Of a DNA stretch of 64,000 nucleotides, positions 11,369 to 23,924 are shown piece after piece. Within the stretch, counting starts at the first letter, position 1; the number at the start of each line of letters is the position of its first letter. The DNA comes from Cenococcum geophilum. Lineage: Eukaryota. Where the stretch lies: positions 3,844,001 to 3,908,000 of the forward strand of contig CP158636.1 in the NCBI GenBank assembly GCA_050273025.1. The letters are read 5' to 3'. The position numbers and the translations under genes were made by a program. The notes under the pieces were generated by a model, which worked only from the letters and a program-made list of their open reading frames with translations, was not told the DNA's origin and made no database searches.

Positions 11369-14300
11369 TATATAATTACAGCACCTAGTATATAAACGCG
11401 TAAATACGCGTTTATACACTAACCACCTACGTGCTGACTAATTAGGGGGGAGGCGCGTCAGTATATAGACCACGTAGTCTACCTTAATAGAATTAATAGT
11501 CACCATCTAAACAAGTATACGATACTACACGTATTTCGTGCCCGTAGATACAACTTACTTGTGCTATTAAGTTAGTATAAACACTAATTAGTGAGCGCAC
11601 ACAGATCAGTAATTACTTAATACCTCCCTCTGAGCAATACACACGATAGCAACTACTTATTTAGACTCCTAGTACAACCTGCTAGAAGGTTAGAAGTTAG
11701 GGATTATGGACTTATCTCTAACTCTATATACTTATTTAAGTCTTAATACGGTTTATTAAAAGTTATAGACGCGAATACAGACCTATACGGAACCCCTATC
11801 CTTAACCCCCTTAAACCTTAAACCTCTTTAGACCTTTTGCGGAAATCCTTTACCCTCCTGCGAACTATTACGGACCTATTAATCAATTTTACGGACCGTT
11901 ATAAGACCTCCCCCACCCGTTATAAGCTGCTACTACCCACTACGCACTATACTATACTATAGTATAGCAGACATCAGCAAGCAAGTTAGTAAAGGTTAAA
12001 AGAAGTAAAGATAAGGAGTTAACGTTACGTCTATAAACAACGTTAACGACTATATTAGTTTTAAAATCCTTAAATATAAACACTTTAAGTTTATAAATAA
12101 CGACCTATGGGAGTAATACTAGGAAGACTTTACAGACTTTACGGAAGCTATTCTTAAGGCCTACAACCCTATTACTATCCATAAACTATAAACCCTTTTA
12201 CGTAACTAAGGTGTATAGGTTAAAAGGAATAAACGAGTCACTATTATATAGTCCTTATATAATATAATATACGAGAAGAACCAAATAGAATAGACTAAAG
12301 AGTAAATCTTAGACCAGTTCTAAGAAACTAAGGAACTCTTTACTTCTTCTAAACTTAATATAACCGCTAGCCTTATACCTAACCCACTTAACTAAATTCG
12401 TCCTATAAACCTAAGCGGCTTTAAACTTAACCTTATTAGCTAAAATACACCCTACTCTTAAGTTACAGATTATAACACCCCTATAAACCAAAATACGGAC
12501 TAAACTACCCCCGCTATTTAAGTCACAGACCTATAAGCTATATATCCGCAAGCTATAAATCCGTAAATTATAGATCCGCAACCTACCTAAGTAAAGACTT
12601 ATAGTAAGGAGCTAGCTAACCTAGCTAAGCTCTATACTAACAAATCTAAGTATAGCAGTAAAAATAATAATTTTAACTTTAAACTAACTATCTTTACGGA
12701 CCTCTACTAGAAGGCCGACATTTCTAAACAAGAGTTTAGCTAAGCCTACTCTACTATACTGCGCGGCCTAGTACTTAACTACTACTACACCAACCTCAAG
12801 AGTAACCCCCTTAGTGTCCCCTTTAATAAGCTATATAAAGCTACCTATAACTACTTTAAAGGACTAGAATATAGGCGTAATATCCTTACCTAATAAAATA
12901 CAACTAAGCTACGGACCATAATTAACAAGAACACTAAAAAATCAACTATAAAGTATCTGCAAATTCTTATTAAAGACCTCCGGCACCTATAGCACGGCCT
13001 TAACGCTAAGCTTTAAACAGACGACTTCCTGCATAATAAACTTATTACAGCCTACTAGGAAGTAAAGCCCTATAAGTACGCCTACTACAAGCCTATAGAT
13101 ACCTTAGCTGGCCTTATTAATAATCTACACTCCTCTATTATAACCTATAAAGTCTTAAACCCACCAGGCAGTACTTAAGCCTTTATTACGGATATTTAAT
13201 ATCCGCAAATAGACTTAGACGTCTACTTTATAGACCGCCGCTACTACCAGCAGCACCTATACCAACTAAGTCCTACCTATAACCCCCGCAGCAACCCTGT
13301 ATAAAAGCATACCCCCATAGATAAACAAGCTAGAAATGCTTTATATGTGGTAAGGAAGGATATTAGTCTATAAGGTATACCTAGGAAGAACATAACAGGT
13401 CTAAGAAGAGATTTAATAAATAGATTAGCCAGTTTATCTTAGAATACAAAGGAGAGGAAGAAGAGGAGCCCCCTAATAAGTTAATAGAAGCCCTTATAAT
13501 TAACTTTAACCTAGACAACTAGGAATAGGAGACCCTAAAAACGTTCCTAACTACTTTTAGACCTTTTATAGACAGCTAAGCCTTTAATATTACAACCGTA
13601 TTAGCCGACCGTTCCTTTATATACTTAGTTACGCCCAAAAACTATTCCGTAAGCACCCCCGTTATAAACGTTATAGATTATAAACAGGACCTATTTGCAT
13701 ATATTACCACAGAACGCTATACCCCTAAGGAATTCTACGGTATTATAATTAACATAGGCGCCTCTAAGAAGTTTACTATAGGCTACGGATAATACCTCGC
13801 ATATAGGACCACCGCAAATAACAATACGGATATTAATATTACGTAAACTAGGGCCGTAAACGTCTAATTTGGCATTAGCTCAACTATATTAATTAGATTA
13901 GTTACAGTTAAGACCCCAATTAGCCTAGTTAACTTCCACATAGTAAAAGCAGACACCCCTTTCTTACTTTGCCTTATAGATATAGATAGGTTATAGGTTT
14001 ACTACAACAATATTACAAACACCTTAATCGGCCCCATAACTACCCTAAAAAGCAAGTATATAACCCTACCAATTATACAACAATTTAGACACCTATTCCT
14101 TATATAGGGAGAGACTTTACGGACCTATATTTAGGAATCTTTTAACTATAACCTATGCTACCTTACCAGTACGGAGATCCACCATCTACACCGCTGTTTC
14201 GGCCACCTATTAGCTGAAAAGCTATATAGAGTCCTTAAACGCTTTAGACACAACAACGTTAACAGGAAGGTAGTTAATTACCTAACTAAATACTGCTCCT

Positions 14301-17300
14301 TTTACCAGAAATACGGACGTTCCCTAGGCTAATTTAAGTTCACCCTTTGTAAGGACCTTAACTTTAACCACTTAGTATATATAGATATTATATATATTAA
14401 CGGCAGCCTAGTATTATATATAATTAACAAGGTAACCCGCTACTAAGCCATCTATTAGTTGCAAAATATATCTATAAAGCATACTTAGGATATTTTACGG
14501 ACCTACTAGATTGACACGTACGTTAGACCTCCTAAGTATATTACCTATAATACTAGTAAGAACTTTATCAGCAAGGAATTCTAGCAGTATGCTATAGCTA
14601 TAGCTATATTAACAAAAGCTATTCTAGTTAAGGCGTATTAGTCCGTTAGGCTTATTAAGCGAGCTTACCTAGCTCTACGGAGAGCTTATTAGATTATTAT
14701 AGACAAGTATAAGAATATCTAAAAGGAACTAGCTTTACAGATGGCCGTAAAAGCCGTTAATAACACCGCTGGCCCTAACGGACTAGTACCTACCCTCTTA
14801 GTTTACGGAGTTTACCTAAGGATAAGCAACCTAGGCCCCTTTATCCCATCTATTATGGAACAAGCAGCTATAATATAGAAGGCAATAGCCAAAATAGTTA
14901 AATTACGGGCTAAATAAACTGTTAATAATGCCCTATACTACCGCAACGGACCTAATATAACCTTAGTATATAACCTCCCGCTTAACTCTAAAGTCCTTAT
15001 ATAGCGTAAAAGCGGCAGCTAGAATAGACCCTATCGCCTACTAGCTATAGAAAATAAGACGTGCTATATATAGCTTTCTAGTGGGCTAACTAGCTTTAAA
15101 AGCATATCTATAAAACCCTACTTTTAATTCAAAAACACCTATGACGTTAAACTAGATGAACTAGAAGCACCTGCTAAACTAGATAAATTAGAAGTACCCC
15201 CGCCTACCTTAAAAGTCCCCTAGGAACTTACTAAACCCGCTAAACCTACTATAAAGCGTGGCCGAGGACGCCTCTAAAAGTATCCTATAACTAAGAACCC
15301 CGTAATAAAGAATTACTTAACCTCTATAGGTATATCTATAAGACAATCTCCGCCTGCGAATATATTAGTCCTAGTATAGGAAACCCCTTTTATGGACTTA
15401 TAGCGTAAAGAGATTAACGGACTACTTAAAAAGGGCGTCTTTGCGGTTATAACGGAAAAAGATATTTCGTAAGGCGTCCGTATATTTAACTTACGCTTTA
15501 TTAACAAGATTAAGCACCCTAGTACTAATAAAGCTTTTAAGAAATTAAGGCTTGTTGTATAAGCTTATAACAACTAGGGAAAGGACCTAGTCCTTACGCA
15601 ATTGCCTATAATTTAACAAGTCAGTTAACGGATTATACTTATACTTATGCCTAGACTATAGCAAACTAAACCCGTAGCCCTCTACTTATAGGATATCTTA
15701 TAAGCCTATATACAGTTAAATACCTACCTAAGTAGGGACATCTTTATACGACTACCCTATAAGCTTAACCTATAACTAGGAATAATTTTATGGGTCGTAA
15801 AACCTCTTTACGGGGTATTAGAAGCTAGAAACCATTAATTTAAAATATACCACCAGCACCATGTTAGTAAACTCAAAATGGAATAGTTAACCTATAACCC
15901 CTACCTCCTATATAGCCTATTAAACGGCCTTAGTATTATTAGACTCTAAATAGAGAATACCCTATTCCTAGCAGACCAGACCTTTATAGACGCTAAAGAA
16001 ACTAAACTATAAAAGGCTAAGTTCTTAGTAAAGCTATAAGAGTAGTTAACTAAGCAGAATCTAATTAAGTTTAATAGAGGCCTAATTATATAAAAGGGCA
16101 ACCTAATTAAGCTAACTTAGGAACGCTAAGCTTAAAACCTAAAGCCCGTTATAGTAAAGCCTATAGACCTTACTAGCTCCCGCGGAGAGACCCGTAAGAC
16201 TATAAATATAAAGGACTAATACGTTGCATAGCGTGCAAGAGGCGCCTATATTGCCATAGTCTATTAACCTAAATCTACCTATAATTTATCCTTTACGGCC
16301 CTGGCAGTAGATCTATAAGAAGAAAATATTAAGCAGCTTAATAAGCGTATTTAGTGGCAAATTAACAATATAGCAAGGGGACTTACTTTTGTACCACTAG
16401 ACCTAAGTTCCCTTAGCTTACTAGTATTTATAGACGCCTCCTTTGCCAATAATAGGGACCTATTATCATAAATCGGCTTTATAATCGTACTTACGGACTA
16501 TAATTAGGACGTAAATATACTGTATTAGTCTTTAATTAAGTATAAATAAGTAACCCGCAGTGTACTAGCCTCTAAACTATATATACTAGCTTATGGCTTT
16601 AATATAGCAGCCGCAATCAAATTAACGGTCTAGAAGATTCTATAACTGGAGTAGTTACCCCTAGTTTTATACACTAATTTAAAGTCCCTCTACAACTGCC
16701 TAGTTAAACTAGGTATAATATAAGAGAAGAGGCTTATAGTCGACCTAATATACTTATATTAGGCCTATAAACAACGTAAAATTATAAAGGTTAAATAGAT
16801 TAGCGGCGGAAATAACCTAGTAAACGCTATAACTAAGGCAAAGCCATATTAAGCCCTTAAAACCCTAATTAATATAAATAAGCTTAACCTAAAAGTTATA
16901 AAATAGGTAGAACGGGACTAACGGAGTACCTATAATACGCCTACAGCTTATTAAAAGGCCGTATGGCTTATTATACGGCCTATTCTATAGACCGTAAGCT
17001 ATTAGGTAGAAAACAGTAGAAAGCTATAATGGAACTTAATAGACTTACGTGACCTACTAAATTCTACTATATTCTGCCATAGTAGTTAAATCCACCAATT
17101 ACGATTTTCCATACCAGGCACGGAAAATCGCTATTAGCTCGCTTAGCACTAGCGTCTTAGCGGCCCTTAAGATCTAACTTACGGCTCGTCTACTGCCCGT
17201 TAAAAGGCTATACGGTTCATTTTACGGACTGTAAGCAGGACTTACGGCTAGCTTAGGGCACCATTTAAAAGGCAGCCCAGAAGGCACCTTAGGAGGAGTT

Positions 17301-17604
17301 TCCTATATATTTTCTTATGTGTTTTATGGTTCTATTAAGGCAATTACGGAGGCTATACACAAATGGTTTTATTTTCCAAGTACCGCTAGTATATAATTAC
17401 AGCACCTAGTATACGAACGCGTAAATACGCGTTCGTGCACCAACTACCTACGTGCTGACTAATCAGGGGGGAGGCGTGTTAGTATATAGACTACGTAGTC
17501 TACCTTAATAGAATTGACAGTCACCATCCAAACAAGCATACAATACTACACGTATTTCGTGCCCGTGGATACGACTTACTCGTGCTATTAAGTTAGTACG
17601 AATA
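11369..17604 (+). mobile_element. Full-length Ty1/Copia (GalEa-like) LTR retrotransposon, RIP-inactivated
   Basis: 215-bp LTRs 11369-11583 and 17390-17604; TSD TATAT. Domain order gag, PR (IDTGAS ~13748), IN (HRRFGHP ~14190), RT (KPLYG ~15800), RNase H (FTDASFAN ~16427). CTAATTAG (RIP form of CTGATCAG) follows the 5' LTR. Confidence 0.93.
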
Positions 17605-17640
17605 TATATATTTTTAATTAAATATTATTACATTATATAA

Positions 17641-18090
17641 AGGCTCCGCGTATAAAAGCCCTGCACGAAGCTCTGCACGAAGCTCTGCACGAAGCTCTGT
17701 ATATAGAGGCTCTATACAAAGCTCTGGAAACGGAGGCTCTGCACGAAGCTCTGCATGCGGAGGCTCTATACGAAGCTTTGTACGGAGGCTCTGCACGAAA
17801 CTCTGCGGAGGCTCTACACGAAGCTCTGCGTACGGAGGCTCTGCACGAAGCTCTGTATACGGAGGCTCTGCGCGACGGCTCTGCGCACAACAGTTCTGCG
17901 TATGGCGGTCCTACGTACGACGGCTCTACTACAGAGACTCTATATAAAAGCTTTGTGTAGAGCTTCGTGTAGAGCTTCGTACATCGCCTCCGCAGAGCTT
18001 CGCGCAGAGCCCCCGTAGAGCTTCGAGCAGAGCCTCCGTACGCAGAGCCTCGTAGAGAGCTTCGAGCAGAGCCTCCGTACGTAAAGCTCC
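17641..18090. repeat. 12-bp minisatellite in two head-to-head orientations inside the hAT shell
   Basis: GAAGCTCTGCAC/GGAGGCTCTGCA units run to ~17955, followed by reverse-complement units GTAGAGCTTCGT/GCAGAGCCTCCG. Confidence 0.85.
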
Positions 18091-19111
18091 TGTGCATGAG
18101 CCGTAAAAGCAGAGAATTTTTTATTATAGGTCTAAGTGGAGCGTGCCAAGAAATTATCGATAAAAGCGATAAATAACGATAAGCGAAAATCATGATAATT
18201 TATCGATCTTATCAGATAAGATTTTATTTTCGCCCACCCTGGCCCAGAACTAGGCACCCCTTGCGTGCTCAGGGCGTGCTTAGGGCTGCTCACCCTCGGC
18301 TTAGGTTAAAGCGGCGGCTGCTTAGGTCCAAAGATGGAAATGGACCTTGGTGAGGGGAGTTTTCATTAAAGACTATAGAGGTAGTAAGGAACTCCGATTT
18401 AGGTCGATATCTACCAGTGAGCAGGAATCACGACAAGAATCCTTCACATCTACCACCTCCGCTAACTCCATTGGCCGGGATAGAGTTGGAATATATGACT
18501 CCCATGCGTGGCAAATGGGCACGACAGACTTAGAAACTGGGCCTGCTGCACTCATTCCCTCTGGCAGCCTGTCATCTACCCGCGTCTCCCTCGCTAGCAT
18601 TTCCTCAGCGCTTGTTAAAATGTAGAGTTATGAGTTACTTAACTTTTTCCTATCTACTATGACAGGCCTCCTGTCACGAGTCGTGACGTCTGTATACCCA
18701 GCCATTCAACCGTCCTCCCGATCGAAAAAGATGCCTTTTGGCCTTGCTGGCGCTGTGGAGGAAAGCTTGGAGCTCTACATCGTCACCTTCTACTTATGTC
18801 TAGTGCCGCAGTAGCATACATATTCAGAATACTACAGTTCTATAGTAAAGCATATTGGGTTGAGCTGAAAGCACTCATGCTTGGCTATCTGCAGTATCGG
18901 AAGTAGCCACGAGCCAGGGCGAAGTAACATGAGCGAAATAATCGCCTCCGCAGGTATCGAAACCTGATCGCGGCCACTGTGGTAACCAAACGTGCAATTT
19001 CTCCCGTTTTCTAAGCAGCCTTGTTCAACCATCTTGTACTATGACAGATCTTCCGACCCCTTCTCGTACCCACCCTACCCCACCACCATCACCTAGATGC
19101 AGCCTAGACAT

Positions 19112-22100
19112 CTATAGCTGACCAGCGGTGTTGAAATCGTCGAGTGCAATGGCGACACGCTTGCTCATCGTCTTCTCTCCCTCGCGGACCCACACTCTAG
19201 GATCTAGTGTATCCAGACTGTTAGTTTTTGTTTGATATTAATTGGCTTACGGTAGATATGGCGTTATGCTGCTTGCCATGGCAAGGCTTTGACATTGAGG
19301 AAGAATGGCTCACCATAGTATTTTCTAGAAGTTGTTAGCATATCTCTTTTAAATTTGAACAGTGGATAATCAATGTTCTTACGAACAAATAATTCCAGGG
19401 ATGGGTTGTGGACGGAGAGAAAAAAGTCAGCTTACTTGTTCGGCTTGTCCTCGCCCTCTGGGTTGCCAACTTGCGACATCAAGTACTCCTAAACAGATTT
19501 TAGATATGCCTAACATTTATTCTTAGGTTTCTGTCCTGACCTTCTTGTTGAGAACGTAGTCCCTGCAGTGGAAGTTAGTTTACCATATTATCAGGAGAGT
19601 CACAAGAGAACACGCACCGAATGCCAGCGAGGTAAGCCCATTGCAGATCGGTATCCAAGTTAACCTTAACTACACCGTACGCTTTTGACTTGGATTAGCA
19701 ACCTCCTTTGGGATGACCATTTGTGACTTACAGATGGCCTCCCTGAAGTCATCTACGGAGCTACCGCTACCACCGTGGAAGACGAGGAAGACAGGCTTCT
19801 CCTCCTTAGCTCCAATCTTCTCCTTAACATAAGCCTGATGTTTTTTCAACAGAACTGGTTGCAGCTTGACGTTTCCTGGCTTGTAGACACCGTGAACGTT
19901 CTATGGAGAGTTAACGTTAGTGATGAATGACATCTCGCAAGAATTCAATAACTTGATAGGAGTAGAGGTAAAGATATATGGCTGGTTAAGGGGTATGGCA
20001 AGACGCCCTAGAATCAAAGGACATGGTTCTGCGGTTCCACAAAGATTCAGTGGCTAGAATAGGGACAGTACGTACTCCGAAACCCGCAGCGATGCTGAAG
20101 TAAGGGCTGATAGGAGAGAGGGTCTTGTAGATCTCGTAGATATCCTCTGTAAAAGATACGGAATTAGAGATTGGAATTGATATCAAATCAAGTATTAAAA
20201 GGAACACTCCTCTCTAATCTAGGTGTAACATACCGGGCTGAGTGTAGAGGGAATTGTTGTCGACATCTTCATTATTGACACCGTCTTCCTGTAGAACAAG
20301 TTAGTGGCGAATACAAACGAGCAAATGAGGTTGCAGGACAGCCCTCTAGGAGTATAGTCGAACCTCGCCACCAGTAATCCCAATTTCCATCTCTAGCCAT
20401 TGCTTCCTTGCATAGACATCAGAAATAGCTCGAATATAATACCCCATATGGATATTGCCGACTTACATAGGAGCCATGCGCTTGAGATCTGCAAAAAGAT
20501 AGTGAGAATAACCCATATAGTATCAACCGGATCACTTACAAGCAGCAGTGGTCTTGATGTTCCAATCGACAGGCTCTTCCTATGCAAATATTAGGCACGG
20601 GAAGCTGAAGGATCGGCAAGAGCACCGGAGAGGCACAAAGAGTAGTTTAGTCCATAGAGTCTCGTTTCTCGAGACCCATTTTGATCTCCAAAAGGGGCAT
20701 TGGAGACAGGTGCTAAAAGTTTTCTCTGCGCCTATCCTAGCTCCATAGATCATACATACAGACAAATCAATCATGTGGGATGAGAATAGGGGCTCGCCAT
20801 GCTATACAATGTTAGTTCTGAAAACCCACCGTAGGGGTTTGTAGTTCGGACAACTCACCTCTTTGAAATATTTCTCATCGGCATCAAGCATGCCATCGAA
20901 CCACGGCCTAGAGTAATTGTCAGTTGCTTATCTCGTGAGTATGCAGTCGAGGAGGTTGCAGACAGGAGCTTCTTCGCGCAATGATCTACTGTGTATTAAT
21001 TCTCGTTTCCAAAAATCTTGGCTTCTACGTGTCTCACTAACCTGTGTGAAGTACAACCGGAACGCCATAAGTGGGCGCAATTGAGCGGATCTTTTCATTA
21101 TCAGATTGACCCCTGGACCAGTTTGAGTGGACGAGACATACGTAGTGAGCAGCTGCGACAGCACCAGCAATTGAAGCAGTTTGATCCTTGTTGTCAACTC
21201 CCTTGCCTAAATAGGGCAGAGATGTTAGCTAGCTTGAGCGGAATATTCAAACGTGTAAGGTGAGATTATGGAAGCAGTCCAGTGTCACTGCATAACCAAA
21301 CCCCATCGTATACTTGGCAGAGGTTGACTATCTGCATCCAAGTAATCCGAACGTCAAAAAGTCATTAAACGGCCGGTTTAGACCGAGTGGAGACCCAGCG
21401 TTAGATGCTCCGTTGCAACTTTCTCCATTGCCCGTAGTTGCCGGAGAGAGTAAGTTGCGATCTTCATGTCCAAACAACCAAGTATACGATAAGAGTATCC
21501 TGCTCCGAGACATCTCGGGGTGACGAGGAAGCAATCCCCGAACAAGGCGTACCTGCGAACTGCAAGAAGTTAGTACAAATTTAGCTGGAAGAAAAATGGG
21601 GTTCATACGTATGCGGCTCCACCCTTGAAAATTTACATTCGTTAGCACATATTTTCTTAGCCCTTCGGTGTTGATTGCCATCATAGAATACAGAGTTGTC
21701 CCTCTATGCGAGACGCATGTATGCCTCCACCTGGCGACGCACCTGGGATGTTTGAAGGACGATTGGGGATTTCTTGTCGCGCGCGGCCTCAACTAAATGA
21801 GTAGTAGGTGTTAGCGACTAGTAATTAACTGTTGCTTTCCATTTAGACAGAAAGGTTTCCGCAGGGTTACTGACGCGCTGCAACTGCGGTTGAGCTGGAC
21901 GTGACATTGATGGCGGGAATAGCGACTGCGAAATGGTAAGTATTGCAACAATTGGAGGCAATTGGTGCTAGAGAACGCACAGTTCTTCTCTTGAGCATAA
22001 TTGAAAAGCTGTTAAAAAACGCAGTAAGTATCAGGCTGGACGGGGACGGAGTTCGGGAAGCAAAAAGCACCTTCAAGACATCATCGCCGGTAATGACGCC

Positions 22101-22133
22101 AGACTTGCGGGAAAGGACATCGGTGGCACCCAT
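19112..22133 (-). CDS. FBA1: Class II fructose-bisphosphate aldolase, 22 exons
   Basis: Spliced reading MGATDVLSRKSGV...FAIPAINVTSSST...LHTDHCAKKLLPWFDGML...PLFSSHMIDLS...LEMEIGITGGEEDGV...FGNVHGVY...VFHGGSGS...VKVNLDTD...YYDPRVWVREGEK...AGQL*. All introns are GT-AG. Confidence 0.96.
21251..21483 (-). ncRNA. Candidate box H/ACA snoRNA in aldolase intron 6
   Basis: Large 5' stem domain, H-box ATACGA (21311-21306), 3' hairpin (21304-21257) and ACA (21256-21254). Folded by eye only. Confidence 0.4.
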
Positions 22134-22978
22134 GTTGATGAAGTGGATTTAGTTGACGGAGGTGTTAGCTGAGCAGGCTTGAGGGAAATTTTCGGGAAAG
22201 TTCAAAGTATTTGAGGATGAGGATAGTAAATGTTGAGTGCGAAAACGGAGCGCGGGGAACGTGGAAATCCTTATCGAGCTGTCCAGAAAAGCAACGAGGG
22301 GCAAAATCCTGCAGTCGACACACTTACTTTTGAGCGATATAGAACGAATCAGAAAGTGAAGGCCAAGCCAATTGAGAATTCTCTTAGGGATGACGTGGGG
22401 TTTAAGTGGCAGGGAGGAGGAGAGAGGTCATTTCACGGGTGTCGCGCTGAAGTCATCCAGGTGGTTTTTTTGGCGGGGCTCTCGCGCCACTGTTGCTCGG
22501 CATTTTCGAAGCTGCCCTTGTGCCCAGAAACTCCTCTTCTCCGAATCTGCCCGGTCGTAGCATCTTCTAGACTGAAATTACCGCCCGCCTCACGCCTTGT
22601 ATCTAGCTACTGTCACAGGGCAGCCAATTGCCAGCAACCGTGTGGTCTTGGTGAGGATTACGCGCTCCGAGAGCGGTGTAAGGTCATACACGCTCGTCAC
22701 ACGGGCAGGAGCTGAACCGCGTCTCCATTTATCCGTCTCAGTTGGCATTTACAGCTACAGTGCAATTAGACATACATGAGAGTACAGATACACCTCCGGG
22801 GGGGAATCCGCAGATGGGGAAGCCCAAGTGGTCAAAGCCCGGCCGAGAGATATTTTCACGGAGAATTCCTTTCTCGTGACCGAAGACCCCTTCTATCGTG
22901 GAGAATGTAGCGATTCCTATCGCCAAGCCCTAACCAATACTCCCCTTTTCCAACAGATATGCGAGACAATTGCTAATG

Positions 22979-23924
22979 TTATGCCCGAACACGGACAGTC
23001 CTCTTTATAGGTGCCTTCGCGCCTTTGACCTGGATCTCTACCGCAAATCGGCCCAAATGTTTCACACGCGTTGTTTCCTCGCTCGCAAGCCCTTCGACAA
23101 ACCGAATATCGCTCTCGGATAGCATAACACGCGCTGCCTCGTCATTGTTCGCCAAAATGGTCTTGACACTTGTAAGAACGTCGGCAGTTGACACGGAGCC
23201 GTATATGCCTGTCAATTCAGGTTTGGGTGTAGATTTAGCTGCCGCCCTCAATATGTCAGCCGCATCAGATGCGCCTAGATGTTGTTCGGAGTCCTCTTTA
23301 GTCTCAGGTTCGATGGGTTGGCGGAAGAACTCAATTGTTTGTGGAACGAAAACGGAGACGAGTTCTGCAGAACGCTCAGGCTACACGGTTTCCGTTTAGT
23401 GAATCAAGTTTCCAGACCAAAAATTGGGTGTTTGTAACATACGCTCAAGAATTCCAGCTCAATAGGCCTGATATAAGGCTTGCTCTGCTCCTCATCCACC
23501 CTATCTACTATTTCTTGTGCCGGAGCCTCGACCCCAAATGTGAAGTCCCGCTCTATGTCTACATTTTGTTGTTTCAATTCTTTCAGTTCGCTTGCTGAGA
23601 CATACTCTGCCATGCGTGAGGGGAACCATCGATTTCTCATTTGGCCAGCTGATATAGGAATGTAGGAGCCTTGAAGATACTAAGTAACAGTAGGAGGAGA
23701 ATGCTAAAATATGTAGAAAGCACTCTACCTTTGCGCCCAAATCTCCTGACATCCTTTAACAGCTTGACGGTCACTGTGTCTGCTGGCTTAGCCAGTTTCT
23801 GCTTACCGCGAATCTGCTGTTGAGACTGCTGAAGGGGTCTCCAGCCTTCGAATCCAAGTCTCGTATAACGTCGCGCACATGATGTGCATTGTGGTAGCAA
23901 CGATGAGCGGGCGAATGTTGCCAT
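22979..23924 (-). CDS. Mitochondrial ribosomal protein bL9-like, 3 exons (introns 23670-23728 and 23381-23442)
   Basis: Arg-rich presequence; L9 N-domain VKLLKDVRRFGRKGSYIPISAGQMRNRWFP; L9 C-domain IYGSVSTADV...VKHLGRFAVEIQV. Confidence 0.88.

Larger units (their letters stand above)
10988..18241. mobile_element. Non-autonomous hAT-like DNA transposon (~1 kb without the nested Copia)
   Basis: Perfect 16-bp TIR CAGGGTGGGCGAAAAT (10988-11003 / 18226-18241) and subterminal CGATA/TATCG motifs. The 8-bp flanks match only partly (CTGTAGAA vs GCCCAGAA). Confidence 0.8.

Noticed and set aside
17614..18193. ORFs of 60-186 aa
   Set aside because: Artefacts of the 12-bp minisatellite.
19090..19114. 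Cryptic PTS1 by stop readthrough of aldolase (TAG ATG TCT AGG CTG = *MSRL)
   Set aside because: SRL is not followed by a stop (next codon CAT) and the stop context is not TGA CTA.
21207..21552. TPP riboswitch in the long aldolase intron
   Set aside because: No CTGAGA or CTTGAT..GATAATAC..GCG core motifs seen.
21328..21792. 154-aa ORF from the ORF track
   Set aside because: It runs through aldolase exons 4-6 and introns in a non-coding frame; chance ORF.
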